Shown here in pieces: positions 7,418 through 15,577 of a DNA stretch of 24,754 nt; position 1 is the first letter of the stretch, and every line of letters begins with the position of its first letter. The DNA is taken from NCBI GenBank assembly GCA_033551855.1, contig JAWSUI010000053.1, positions 1-24,754 on the forward strand. Direction: 5' to 3'. This DNA comes from Deferrisomatales bacterium (GTDB lineage Bacteria; Desulfobacterota; Deferrisomatia; Deferrisomatales; JACRMM01). The notes below the pieces were generated by a model that was not told the DNA's origin, ran no database searches, and saw only the letters and a list, made by a program, of their open reading frames with translations. A program made the position numbers and the translations under genes.

Positions 7418-10400
7418 TCAGGGCGATCCAAGGCTTGGCGGCAGGCCGCCTCGGATCGGCAGGTCGGTCGGAGTGAACGACGGGGCGTCCCGCGAGCCGA
7501 CCCCGATGGAGGCCGAGGAGCGGTAGCCGCCGAGGGACCGGCTCCCTGCCGGGGGGCCTATCCTCCCTCCCAGAGTCAATCTCCCCATCAGGCCCAACGC
7601 TTCGTCTATGGACTTGCCGGCGATCGAGAATCCGGTAGCCCAGTCACGCCCCAACCATCTGTCTATGTTCCCCGTCGTGAGCGACCCCTCGGTGGTCACC
7701 CCGGCATGGAGAGTGTGCCGGTTGTCGAAGTCTTCGGAGACCGCCCCGAAGCGGCTCTGGCGGAAGAGCTCGAACTGGGTGATCGGGGTGCGCTGGATAG
7801 TAGTGACGCCGGCCAGCGGATCGCCCGTGGTCTCGGTGAGGACCCGCTCCCGGTGCCCGGCCATGACGTCGCCGGTTCGGGGGTGGCGGTACTCGACCCG
7901 GTGGCCGTCGAGGTCCGTGACCTCCCGGTAGTCCTGCTCCCGGCGGAAGTCCCCGATCTCGGTCCGGTCCCCCTTCTGCAAGACGTCTCCTTCCACGTAC
8001 TCGTCCCCTACCCGGGCCGAGTCGCCGACCCGGAAGTGATCTCCTTCCACGTGGTCCGTGCCCTTCCGGGTCCGGGCCGAGTCCACCTCGGAGGTGGTGA
8101 CGCCGCGGCTGGTCTCCAGGAAGGCGAGGTCGTAGTTCCGGTCGAGGACCCAGCTCGCGCTCTCGCCCGCGGCCACCTGCTGGCTTCGGCCCTGGGCGCC
8201 GAGCATCTCGTTGAAGGCGGCGGCCATCTCCGGAGTCAGGGCGCCGTGCCCGAGGCGGTAGCCCATGGCCTGGAGCTCCTCCAGGGGGACGCCGAGCCGC
8301 TCGGCCATGGCCCGCTTCTCGCCTTCCTGGAGGATGTTCTGCTGGTTCCCGAAGAGCTGGGCGGCGGCGATCCGCGCGGTGCCCCACTTCCGTTGGGTCA
8401 GGGCGTCGCCGGCCTGTCGGGCCGCACCGGCGCCGGCGCTGCGCTCCACGAGCTCGTCGTCGGTGAGACCCATATCTCCGGCGGTCCGGGTCACGGTCCG
8501 CGCGCCATAAAAGGACCGCTGTGCGGCCAGGCGCCCTGTCCGGCGACCGAGCTCCTGGTCCGAGATGTTCCGCTGATCCCTCCATGCGAAGTCGGCCACG
8601 TCGCCCTCGTAGGCGGTCTCGCCCTTCCGGCGGGCACGATCGGTCGCGTCCTCGGGCGTGAGGCCCAGGGTGCCCTCGTGAGCAGTCGACGACGCGGTCC
8701 CTTTGGCTTTGGCGTCCCGGTACCGGTCCGGTCCCCCGGCCGCCTGCACGCCTCGGATCTTCCCGCCCAGCCGGGCCGCGCTGAACGTCGCGCCCGAGCG
8801 CTCCAGCGCAACTCGTCCGCCATGAAGGGGTCCCTCCACGTCCCGGGCCTCGTGATGGGCCACCCCCTCGATCGTCGAGCCCCGAGCGATGCCCCGGCTC
8901 CCGGCGCGCACGTCGTACCCGGTGTTTCCGAAGCCGGCGGCCCGTCCCGCCACCGTCCCCGCCTGCATCCGCGTCCCGGTGAAGGAGGTCGCGAAGGCGT
9001 CCTCGGGCCCGTCGTAGCCGAGGTTGGAGCCCAGGCCGGAGAAGCGGGCGTTGACCCCGGAGCCCACGACGTTGGTGAAGGTGTGCTTTCCTCCATTGTC
9101 CCAAGCCCGACTCGCGACGGCGGCGTGGCCCACCGTGTCCAGGGTGTGGGCCCGGCCCTCCGGGGTGAGGGCGGCCTGGCCGGCTGAGGCTCCCTGGTGC
9201 TGGACCGGCTGGATCAGGTGGGAGGCGAGCGTGGCCAGGGCGTGGCCCCCGAAGCCGACGAGAGTGCTCGCGATCACCGAGGCGAGGACCGCGCCGGTCA
9301 TGCGGATGAGGCCGTAGAGGGCGAGCGTCTTGGTGGTGACGTCCGGGAAGTTCAGCCAGGTGGCGAGCCCGAGCCCGCTCTGGCGGACCATCTCGAAGTA
9401 CTGGTCGGCATACTCCAGGGCGAAGCTGTGGGCCACAGCGTCGGTCACGCCCCAGGCGGCGAGGAAGACGAAGAGCCCGAGAAAGAGCGAGAGCACCCGC
9501 TTGAAGAACGGCGAGGGGAGGAAGAGCGCCAGGAAGGGGAGCATCCCCACCGTCACCGAGGTCATCACCGCCCGGACGACCGGGATCCACTCGTTGGCCA
9601 CAACCCCGACCCCGAAGAGAGAGCTTCCCAGGTTCTTGTTCGTCTGGATGGAGACCGCCACCGAGGGCGCTCCCTCCTTCACGAACTCGAAGAGCTGTCG
9701 GGCGATGGTCCCCTGCTGGGAGACCCGTTCCGGGGTGATCCCGGCGATCGCGGCATACTCGGCCAGGGTGTTCGTCACCAGGGACCGGTACCGGGCGAGT
9801 TCGGCCGCGCTCGTCGGGTCGAAGCCGGCGTTGGCCGCGGCCCGCCGGATGTCCTCGGCGTAGTTCCCCGCATCGGCGAACCAGGCCCGGAGCTCCGCCC
9901 ACGCGTCCGCGCAGGTGAGCGCGGTGCCGTTGGGGGTCGCGGCGTCGAAGTGGAGGCAGTAGACCGAGGGGCTCGCCGCCTGGGCGAGCTGGGGCAGGAA
10001 GTCCGTGGTGTTGTTGACCAGGTCCTCGATCCGGAGCGTCGTCCCGGGGCGGACGAGCTCGAAGGAGAGGCACTTCTCCACGTACTCCCCGAGGTTCTGG
10101 GTGAGGTAGGTGTCCTTGACGCCGCGCTGAAGGGTCTCCTGCACTCCGTAGAACCCGAGGCCTCCTGCTCCGTCCTTGTAGCCCACGCCGGCCGGCGCGG
10201 TGGCGTCCACGACGTCGACGAGGATGCGCTCCACCTTGTTCAGCGCCCCGGCGGTCAGGACGATCGCGTCTGGGATGCCGTCGATCCGGTCGAACCGGTT
10301 CTTCACCGGGTCGTAAACCGTGAGCGACCCCGTGGAAACGAAGAGACCGAGATAGAGCGCCACGCCGACCAGGATCGGGCCGGCCCACGCGAAGGGCGAA

Positions 10401-10741
10401 GCGTGGAACCCGACGAAGGCCCGGGCGTAGTGGGCCACCCCGGCGAAGACGATCCCGGCCCCGCAGACGATGGCGAAGAGCTTCGCGAAGTCGTCGGCCC
10501 CGAAGATGAGCGCGATCCGGCGAAAGGCCAGGGTCACCGCCTCGAACCCGTTGTAGGTGTAGTACTCCAGGTCCACGGCGAGCGCGGTTTCTGAGAGGAG
10601 CAGGACGAAGACAAAGGCAAAACCGAGTGCAAGGCCTTTGGACAGGATTACAGGATGGACCGGATGCTTGTGTTCTTGGGGTGTCACGTGTTCGGCTGTG
10701 GGACGGTCGCTCACTGCCAAAGTCTGAGTGCTGTGGTTCAC
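7418..10741 (-). CDS. traG: F-type mating-pair stabilisation protein TraG
   Basis: EYYTYNGFEAV TraG_N start, multiple TM segments, YVEKC, CADAW; long hydrophilic C-terminal half; follows traH. GTG 10741 chosen for its GAGGGG RBS; start uncertain. Confidence 0.88.
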   Translation of the reverse strand: MNHSTQTLAVSDRPTAEHVTPQEHKHPVHPVILSKGLALGFAFVFVLLLSETALAVDLEYYTYNGFEAVTLAFRRIALIFGADDFAKLFAIVCGAGIVFAGVAHYARAFVGFHASPFAWAGPILVGVALYLGLFVSTGSLTVYDPVKNRFDRIDGIPDAIVLTAGALNKVERILVDVVDATAPAGVGYKDGAGGLGFYGVQETLQRGVKDTYLTQNLGEYVEKCLSFELVRPGTTLRIEDLVNNTTDFLPQLAQAASPSVYCLHFDAATPNGTALTCADAWAELRAWFADAGNYAEDIRRAAANAGFDPTSAAELARYRSLVTNTLAEYAAIAGITPERVSQQGTIARQLFEFVKEGAPSVAVSIQTNKNLGSSLFGVGVVANEWIPVVRAVMTSVTVGMLPFLALFLPSPFFKRVLSLFLGLFVFLAAWGVTDAVAHSFALEYADQYFEMVRQSGLGLATWLNFPDVTTKTLALYGLIRMTGAVLASVIASTLVGFGGHALATLASHLIQPVQHQGASAGQAALTPEGRAHTLDTVGHAAVASRAWDNGGKHTFTNVVGSGVNARFSGLGSNLGYDGPEDAFATSFTGTRMQAGTVAGRAAGFGNTGYDVRAGSRGIARGSTIEGVAHHEARDVEGPLHGGRVALERSGATFSAARLGGKIRGVQAAGGPDRYRDAKAKGTASSTAHEGTLGLTPEDATDRARRKGETAYEGDVADFAWRDQRNISDQELGRRTGRLAAQRSFYGARTVTRTAGDMGLTDDELVERSAGAGAARQAGDALTQRKWGTARIAAAQLFGNQQNILQEGEKRAMAERLGVPLEELQAMGYRLGHGALTPEMAAAFNEMLGAQGRSQQVAAGESASWVLDRNYDLAFLETSRGVTTSEVDSARTRKGTDHVEGDHFRVGDSARVGDEYVEGDVLQKGDRTEIGDFRREQDYREVTDLDGHRVEYRHPRTGDVMAGHRERVLTETTGDPLAGVTTIQRTPITQFELFRQSRFGAVSEDFDNRHTLHAGVTTEGSLTTGNIDRWLGRDWATGFSIAGKSIDEALGLMGRLTLGGRIGPPAGSRSLGGYRSSASIGVGSRDAPSFTPTDLPIRGGLPPSLGSP

Positions 10742-10813
10742 CGCTCGTCCCCTCAATGAAGAACCTTCGTGGAGCCCCGGACCAATCCTGAAAATCCTGT
10801 CATCCCGTCCAGA
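10637..10813. repeat. MITE-like element with inverted (ACAGGAT)x3 ends at the traH-traG junction
   Basis: TTTGGACAGGATTACAGGATGGACCGGATG at 10637-10666 and inverted AATCCTGAAAATCCTGTCATCCCGTCCAGA at 10784-10813 (22/30 match). Confidence 0.65.
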
Positions 10814-10827
10814 AAAAGGTTTTCCCG

Positions 10828-12276
10828 TTACTTCGGCGACTCGGTCCGGGCCGCGGTGGCCTTGCCCACCCGGGAAGAGGCCTCCCCCCGGAGCTGGTCC
10901 TCCATCCCCCGGAGGTGTTCCACCACCCGGTAGATCGCCTCGAGCTCCTGGGCCGCGGCGGCGTAGGAGCGCTGGAGGCCCTCGTACTGGTCCCGGATGC
11001 GCCGGCGCAGGAGGTCGATGTCCCCGGCGACGCGCTCGCTCACGAACTGGATCGCGCAGCGGTGCGGCGGTTCCCCGGCCACCGGGCCCCGCTGCTTCTC
11101 GATGAGCTCCGTGACCGTGTCGAGGATGATCTCCCCCCGGCGGTAGAGGTCCACCAGGAGCTGAAGGGCATAGGCCTTGGCCGCGAGGTCGGCGAGGCTC
11201 GCGATGACCGGCGCCTCCTGACCCGTGCCCACTGCCGCCTTGAGGACGTGGAGGAGCGGCAGCGGCGACTGGTTGATGAAGGCCTGTTGGGCGGCGGTGA
11301 GAGGCGCCTTGACCCGGATGGCGTCGGCCACGTCCTGCATCTGGGTGTGGACGTAGTCCCGCAGGTTCGCGTTGGCATCGGTGATGGCGGCGCAGACAAA
11401 CGTCTGGTTCATCTGCCAGGCGGCACCTTCCACCATGGCATCCAACCGTCGCCCGTCGTTCTGGGGGCACGGGGGCTCGGCGGAGACGAGGTAGCCGCCT
11501 CCGGCCCCACGGATCTGGATGTCCCCCACGAAGCCCCGCACCAGGGCCACGAAGTCGGAGTCGAGCCCCAGGCCGTCGACCCCGAGGACCTGGAGCACCG
11601 AGCCGTCCCGGAGGATCTCCTTCAGCGCGTCCGGGCAGCCCTCCCGGATGCCCGCCACCGCTGCGTCGGTCTCCGGAGTCCCGCCGCTCATCCGGCCGCT
11701 CCCGTCGGCGATCACCTCCTTGGTCTTCTGGTAGAAGTCGGCCATGCCGCTCTCGGTCATGTACTGCTGGACCGCATTCGTCACGCCCCGCTCGTGGCCC
11801 TGGAGCGCCTCGCTACCCACGGTGACGAGCGCCTGGGCGGTCTTGCAGTCGTCGAGCTGGATGGCGTTCAGCCGGTCGGCCAGGGCCTCCAGGTCCTTCA
11901 CCGTCTGGGCGGCCTGGGGGCTCAGCGCCTGGAGCGCCAGGTCGAAGGCCGCGGCCGGCGCCGAGGAGAGAATGTTCTGGAGCTTCGTCACAAGGTAGTC
12001 GAAGTCGAGGAAGGAGAACCCGCCCATGAAGACGTCGATCCCCCCGCAGCCCACGCGGAACCGGGGGAGCTCCACCGTCATCGGGTAGTCCGCGGTGCTC
12101 GGCCACCGAGCCGAGAAGGAGCCCACGGTGTAGTAGCCCCGGGTCTGACCGGCAAAATATCCGGGGGAGGACTCGATCCGCGAGGTGAGCCAGTCGTCGA
12201 CCCAGCCGCAGGGGCCCGGAGTCGGCAAGCCGGCAAGGCCGATGGCGAGAAGGGCGGGCAGCAGTCTGCGATGCAT
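10828..12276 (-). CDS. traH: F-type pilus assembly protein TraH
   Basis: AGGAG RBS, signal peptide, PGYFAGQTRGYYTVGS and VGCGGIDVFMGGFSF signature, C-terminal coiled coil. Confidence 0.93.
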   Translation of the reverse strand: MHRRLLPALLAIGLAGLPTPGPCGWVDDWLTSRIESSPGYFAGQTRGYYTVGSFSARWPSTADYPMTVELPRFRVGCGGIDVFMGGFSFLDFDYLVTKLQNILSSAPAAAFDLALQALSPQAAQTVKDLEALADRLNAIQLDDCKTAQALVTVGSEALQGHERGVTNAVQQYMTESGMADFYQKTKEVIADGSGRMSGGTPETDAAVAGIREGCPDALKEILRDGSVLQVLGVDGLGLDSDFVALVRGFVGDIQIRGAGGGYLVSAEPPCPQNDGRRLDAMVEGAAWQMNQTFVCAAITDANANLRDYVHTQMQDVADAIRVKAPLTAAQQAFINQSPLPLLHVLKAAVGTGQEAPVIASLADLAAKAYALQLLVDLYRRGEIILDTVTELIEKQRGPVAGEPPHRCAIQFVSERVAGDIDLLRRRIRDQYEGLQRSYAAAAQELEAIYRVVEHLRGMEDQLRGEASSRVGKATAARTESPK

Positions 12277-12314
12277 GGCATGCTCCTGGACCGGGGTGAC
12301 TCCGGGTCCGCTGG

Positions 12315-13253
12315 TCAGCGAATTGGCAGGTCGGCTGGTCGGCTCGGGGCTCCGGAGGGAAACCCTCGAACTCCGGTGCCCAAGACAGCCGCTGGGTCGA
12401 AGCCGCCGCCCCGTTGGTAGTCGAAGAGCCACAGATCCTCCTCGGTGACCGTGCCCGACAGGAGCCGGACGCCCCGGAAGAGGTTCCTCTCCAGCGCGGA
12501 GAGCCCGACGACGCCGACCCCGACGGGGAGAGTCGCGTCGGCGCCCCGCTGGACGAGAAGCAGCGTCGGCGTGGTGGAGACGCGGAAGAACTCTGCCGCC
12601 CGGGGTTCCCGGTCGACGTCGATCCGCTTGATCTCCCAGCCGTGTTTCGCGGTGAAGTAGCGGAGGACGCCGTCCTGCTCGACGCAGAAGGGACAACCGG
12701 GAGAGGTGAAGTAGAGGAGCGCGAAGTCCTCCCGGGCGGCGGACAGCGTCGCGTCGATCTCCGCCCCCTCCACCTGTCGCCGGGCCCGCATGCCGGGGTT
12801 CACGCTGGGGGCGTCCCGGAGGGTGGAGACCTCGGGGTGCTTGAGGCTCACCAGCGACGCCACACTCGCAAAGCGGGCGGCCCGCAGTCGCGCGATGGTC
12901 TCCAGCCGCTTGTACTCCAGGACCTTCTCCTCCGTGGGCTGCTGGAGGGCGCCCTTGAAGACCGTGTCCAGGAGGACCCGGAACTCGTCCGGATGGAGGG
13001 TCCAGAGCTCGTCGGGTGAGTAGGCGTCCAGGGACCATGGGGCTGGGGCCTCGTGGGGCAACTCTTCCACTGGGTCACGTTGCTCCGCGGGGTCTTGGTA
13101 CCAGAACCATCCCTGCTGCCGGGTCTCGTAGTAGGAGGGCGCGTCGGTCTGCTGGCCACAGATGCCGACAGAGGGAAGAAGGGCAAGGGCGGCCATGAGG
13201 AGGCCAAAAGTCTTGGACAGGATCTCAGGTCTTCTGGGAGAAAACAGGGTCAC
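12315..13253 (-). CDS. traF: F-type pilus assembly protein TraF (thioredoxin-like)
   Basis: QGWFWYQDP motif, LLYFTSPGCPFC, IDVD, TPTLLLV; upstream of traH. Start uncertain (GTG 13253, ATG 13196 or ATG 13298). Confidence 0.9.
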   Translation of the reverse strand: MTLFSPRRPEILSKTFGLLMAALALLPSVGICGQQTDAPSYYETRQQGWFWYQDPAEQRDPVEELPHEAPAPWSLDAYSPDELWTLHPDEFRVLLDTVFKGALQQPTEEKVLEYKRLETIARLRAARFASVASLVSLKHPEVSTLRDAPSVNPGMRARRQVEGAEIDATLSAAREDFALLYFTSPGCPFCVEQDGVLRYFTAKHGWEIKRIDVDREPRAAEFFRVSTTPTLLLVQRGADATLPVGVGVVGLSALERNLFRGVRLLSGTVTEEDLWLFDYQRGGGFDPAAVLGTGVRGFPSGAPSRPADLPIR

Positions 13254-13273
13254 GGCCAGAGAACCTACCTTTC

Positions 13274-13483
13274 TTTGACAGGATGACAGGATCGACATGA
13301 TCGAAGACTGATCCTGGGCATCGAAGACCGATCTCGCCTATCCATGCTCCACCACTGATGAGTGGCCTTTCCGACACGTCGAACAGCTGGCAGCAAGATG
13401 GTGCGAATAAGGATCCAGAGCCGATCACAGAGCCACGATTGACAGAATTCTCACAATCCAGTCCATCCTGTAATCCCGTCCAA
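13274..13483. repeat. Second MITE-like element with inverted (ACAGGAT)x3 ends, upstream of traF
   Basis: TTTGACAGGATGACAGGATCGACATGAT at 13274-13301 and AATCCAGTCCATCCTGTAATCCCGTCCAA at 13455-13483 (its reverse complement matches 10638-10666 at 26/29); partial copy TTGGACAGGAT at 13213. Confidence 0.65.
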
Positions 13484-13497
13484 TAAGCATTTTCGTC

Positions 13498-14046
13498 TCA
13501 GAAGAGCGGATACGCACGGTTCAGCACCTCTTCCACGTCCACGAACCCGAAGTAGTGAGAGTCCCAACTCCGCGGGTGGTGCCCCACCACGAAGAGCTTC
13601 CCCTCGGGGACCACACCGTCGAAGCCAAAGAGCGGGAGCGGGTTCCCTTTCGAGTCCCGAGATAGAGCCCGGCCGAGGTAGTCGTCATTGCAGTAGACAT
13701 CCCCCACGGCATCGACCCAAAGCCGGTCCCCCGGCCCGCACCCCACCTCCTTGAGCAGGCTCACGGGCCCAGAGGAACCGCTCCACGGGTGGACCCGCTC
13801 GAAGCGAACGTACTCCCCACGCCCGATCTCCCCGGCAACACCACGGTCCCGCAGGAAGAAGACCCGCGAACGCAGCGAGTCGGTCGTCGTCACGCAGAGG
13901 TGCGGCGGCAGCCAGAGCACGACGGGGAGGCCCATGGCCCCGAGGAGAAGGGCCTGACAGAACCGCCGCTGGGACTTCCTGGACGCTGCCGGCCCTGGGC
14001 ACAGCGGCCAGTCAGCTCGCTTCTTTCGTCCGTCGGATCGCGCCAT
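13498..14046 (-). CDS. S26-family conjugative signal peptidase (TrhF-like pilin maturation protease)
   Basis: GGAGG RBS before ATG 14046; TM segment, TTDSL (Ser), LLKEVGCGPGD (Lys), FVVGHHPRSWDSHYFGFV. Confidence 0.88.
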   Translation of the reverse strand: MARSDGRKKRADWPLCPGPAASRKSQRRFCQALLLGAMGLPVVLWLPPHLCVTTTDSLRSRVFFLRDRGVAGEIGRGEYVRFERVHPWSGSSGPVSLLKEVGCGPGDRLWVDAVGDVYCNDDYLGRALSRDSKGNPLPLFGFDGVVPEGKLFVVGHHPRSWDSHYFGFVDVEEVLNRAYPLF

Positions 14047-14307
14047 GGGGATTCCTCCGCCGGACAGCGCGGGGAAGATTCGTCCCTTCACTTTGTATTT
14101 CGTGCGAGGTGGAACACGGTGGGGGAGAAACCCGGGGGAAACAGTGCGTCGGGCGCCATTGGGGCCTGCACGCCAGGGCCGGGGTAGAAGTCGCGCAATG
14201 TGTCCAGAAGGTTCGCCAAACCGGCGTAGATCGGCTTGCCGACCCCGCGGCGGTGCGGTAGAAGACGCGGCATCGCTTTCTGATCTTCCGCGCACAAGGA
14301 GGGCACC

Positions 14308-14580
14308 ATGAACAAGGCGGACCTGGTGGGCAGGATCGCGGACGAAGCGGGCGTCAACCGGATGACGCCGGAGAAGGCCCTGGGTGGGGCGCTGGACGCC
14401 ATCGGGTCGGCCCTCGCCGCCGGGGAGAGGGTCTCGTTGGCCGGCTTCGGCACCTTCAGTGTGAGCCAGCGCGAAGCCCGCGAAGGCCGCAACCCCGCCA
14501 CGGGGGAGAAGATGCGCATCCCGGCCCGGAAGGCGGTGAAGTTCAAGGCGGGATCGAAGCTCGCGGACCGAGTGAAGTAA
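14308..14580 (+). CDS. hup: HU-family DNA-binding protein
   Basis: MNKADLV...GFGTF...REGRNPATGE...IPARKAVKFKAG; AAGGAGG RBS. Confidence 0.95.
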   Translation: MNKADLVGRIADEAGVNRMTPEKALGGALDAIGSALAAGERVSLAGFGTFSVSQREAREGRNPATGEKMRIPARKAVKFKAGSKLADRVK

Positions 14581-14631
14581 CCGGTCCGAGGGGCGACAGT
14601 CCCGAGGATCTCTCCCTCCGGTCGAGCCCGC

Positions 14632-15552
14632 TTATGCGCCCGACGCTTGGAAGAGGGCGATATCGCGCGCCTTGAGCCACCCGCCTTCCCCCTCCCAACT
14701 CGTCTGGGCGAGGACGGGAATCCGTCGGCGCACCTCGGGAGACTGGCCGCTCTTGCGATAGGCGGGAAGGCACCGGCCGAGGGCCTCCGATGCCCAGAGT
14801 AGCCTGTAGGTGTGGGCCAGTCGGATCGCCCGGCCGAAGCCTCGTCCTTCGCGAATCTCGGCCAGAGCGCCCAGGAAGAACCCATACGGGGCGCGCCCCT
14901 CCCGGGGCTCCAGCCTCGTCAAGAAGTCCTCCAGGAGGTGGCCGATCTCCTCCTTCAACGCGGGCCGGTAGAGGGGCGGGATGTAGAGGCAGTCTCCGAT
15001 CGGTAGGCCGCCCCGCAGGCGGACCCGCGCGGCCGCTTCGAGAAGCCGGCGTCGCCGGTCCGCGTAGCGAAAGCCGGTTCCCCAGGTCGGACGGCTCGGG
15101 TCCAGCCCGGCCTCTTTCCAGAGGATCTGGAGGAGGCTCGAAAGCTCGCCGCGGGCGGTCTCGTCGGGCTCCACCCGCGGGGCGTCGATGAGGCGGTAGC
15201 GGGGGAGGGAGATGTTCAGGACGAGTCCGTCCGGGAGCCGCTCCACGGGGGAGCGGGCCGGTCTCGCGTCCCCCGTAATCGGCGGCCGGCGCAGGGGACA
15301 ACCGGGGGCGTGGCGCTCCCAGTCGCCGCGGTGGAGCGGGTAGAGGTAGAAGGTGTCCGTGGGCACCGCCCGGTGGACCACCCCGAGGGGGATGCCTTCG
15401 GGGCGGCAGAGGCAGCGGACGGGCTCCGAGCGGCCCCGGTACGACGCCAGGAAGCGGATGCGCCGGGCCACCGAGCGGGTGACGTCCCGGTACCAGACGG
15501 TGCTCCCGTCGGGAAGAGCCAGCAGGGCGTCGGTCGTCGGGTCTTCGTTCAT
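14632..15552 (-). CDS. DUF1173-like protein
   Basis: CLC...YLYP...HAPGCP N-terminal motif and LSSLLQILWKEAGL segment; directly downstream of traD. Confidence 0.65.
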   Translation of the reverse strand: MNEDPTTDALLALPDGSTVWYRDVTRSVARRIRFLASYRGRSEPVRCLCRPEGIPLGVVHRAVPTDTFYLYPLHRGDWERHAPGCPLRRPPITGDARPARSPVERLPDGLVLNISLPRYRLIDAPRVEPDETARGELSSLLQILWKEAGLDPSRPTWGTGFRYADRRRRLLEAAARVRLRGGLPIGDCLYIPPLYRPALKEEIGHLLEDFLTRLEPREGRAPYGFFLGALAEIREGRGFGRAIRLAHTYRLLWASEALGRCLPAYRKSGQSPEVRRRIPVLAQTSWEGEGGWLKARDIALFQASGA

Positions 15553-15577
15553 GGTTCATGCCTCCCGGGGGCCCCCG

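Noticed and set aside
10742..11470. 1350-aa TraG starting at 11470, or a TraH-TraG fusion
   Set aside because: The extension overlaps traH in another frame and is low-complexity; traH has its own stop at 10828
10637..13483. ACAGGAT repeats as a CRISPR array or iterons
   Set aside because: Arranged as inverted pairs, not regularly spaced direct repeats; no cas or rep gene
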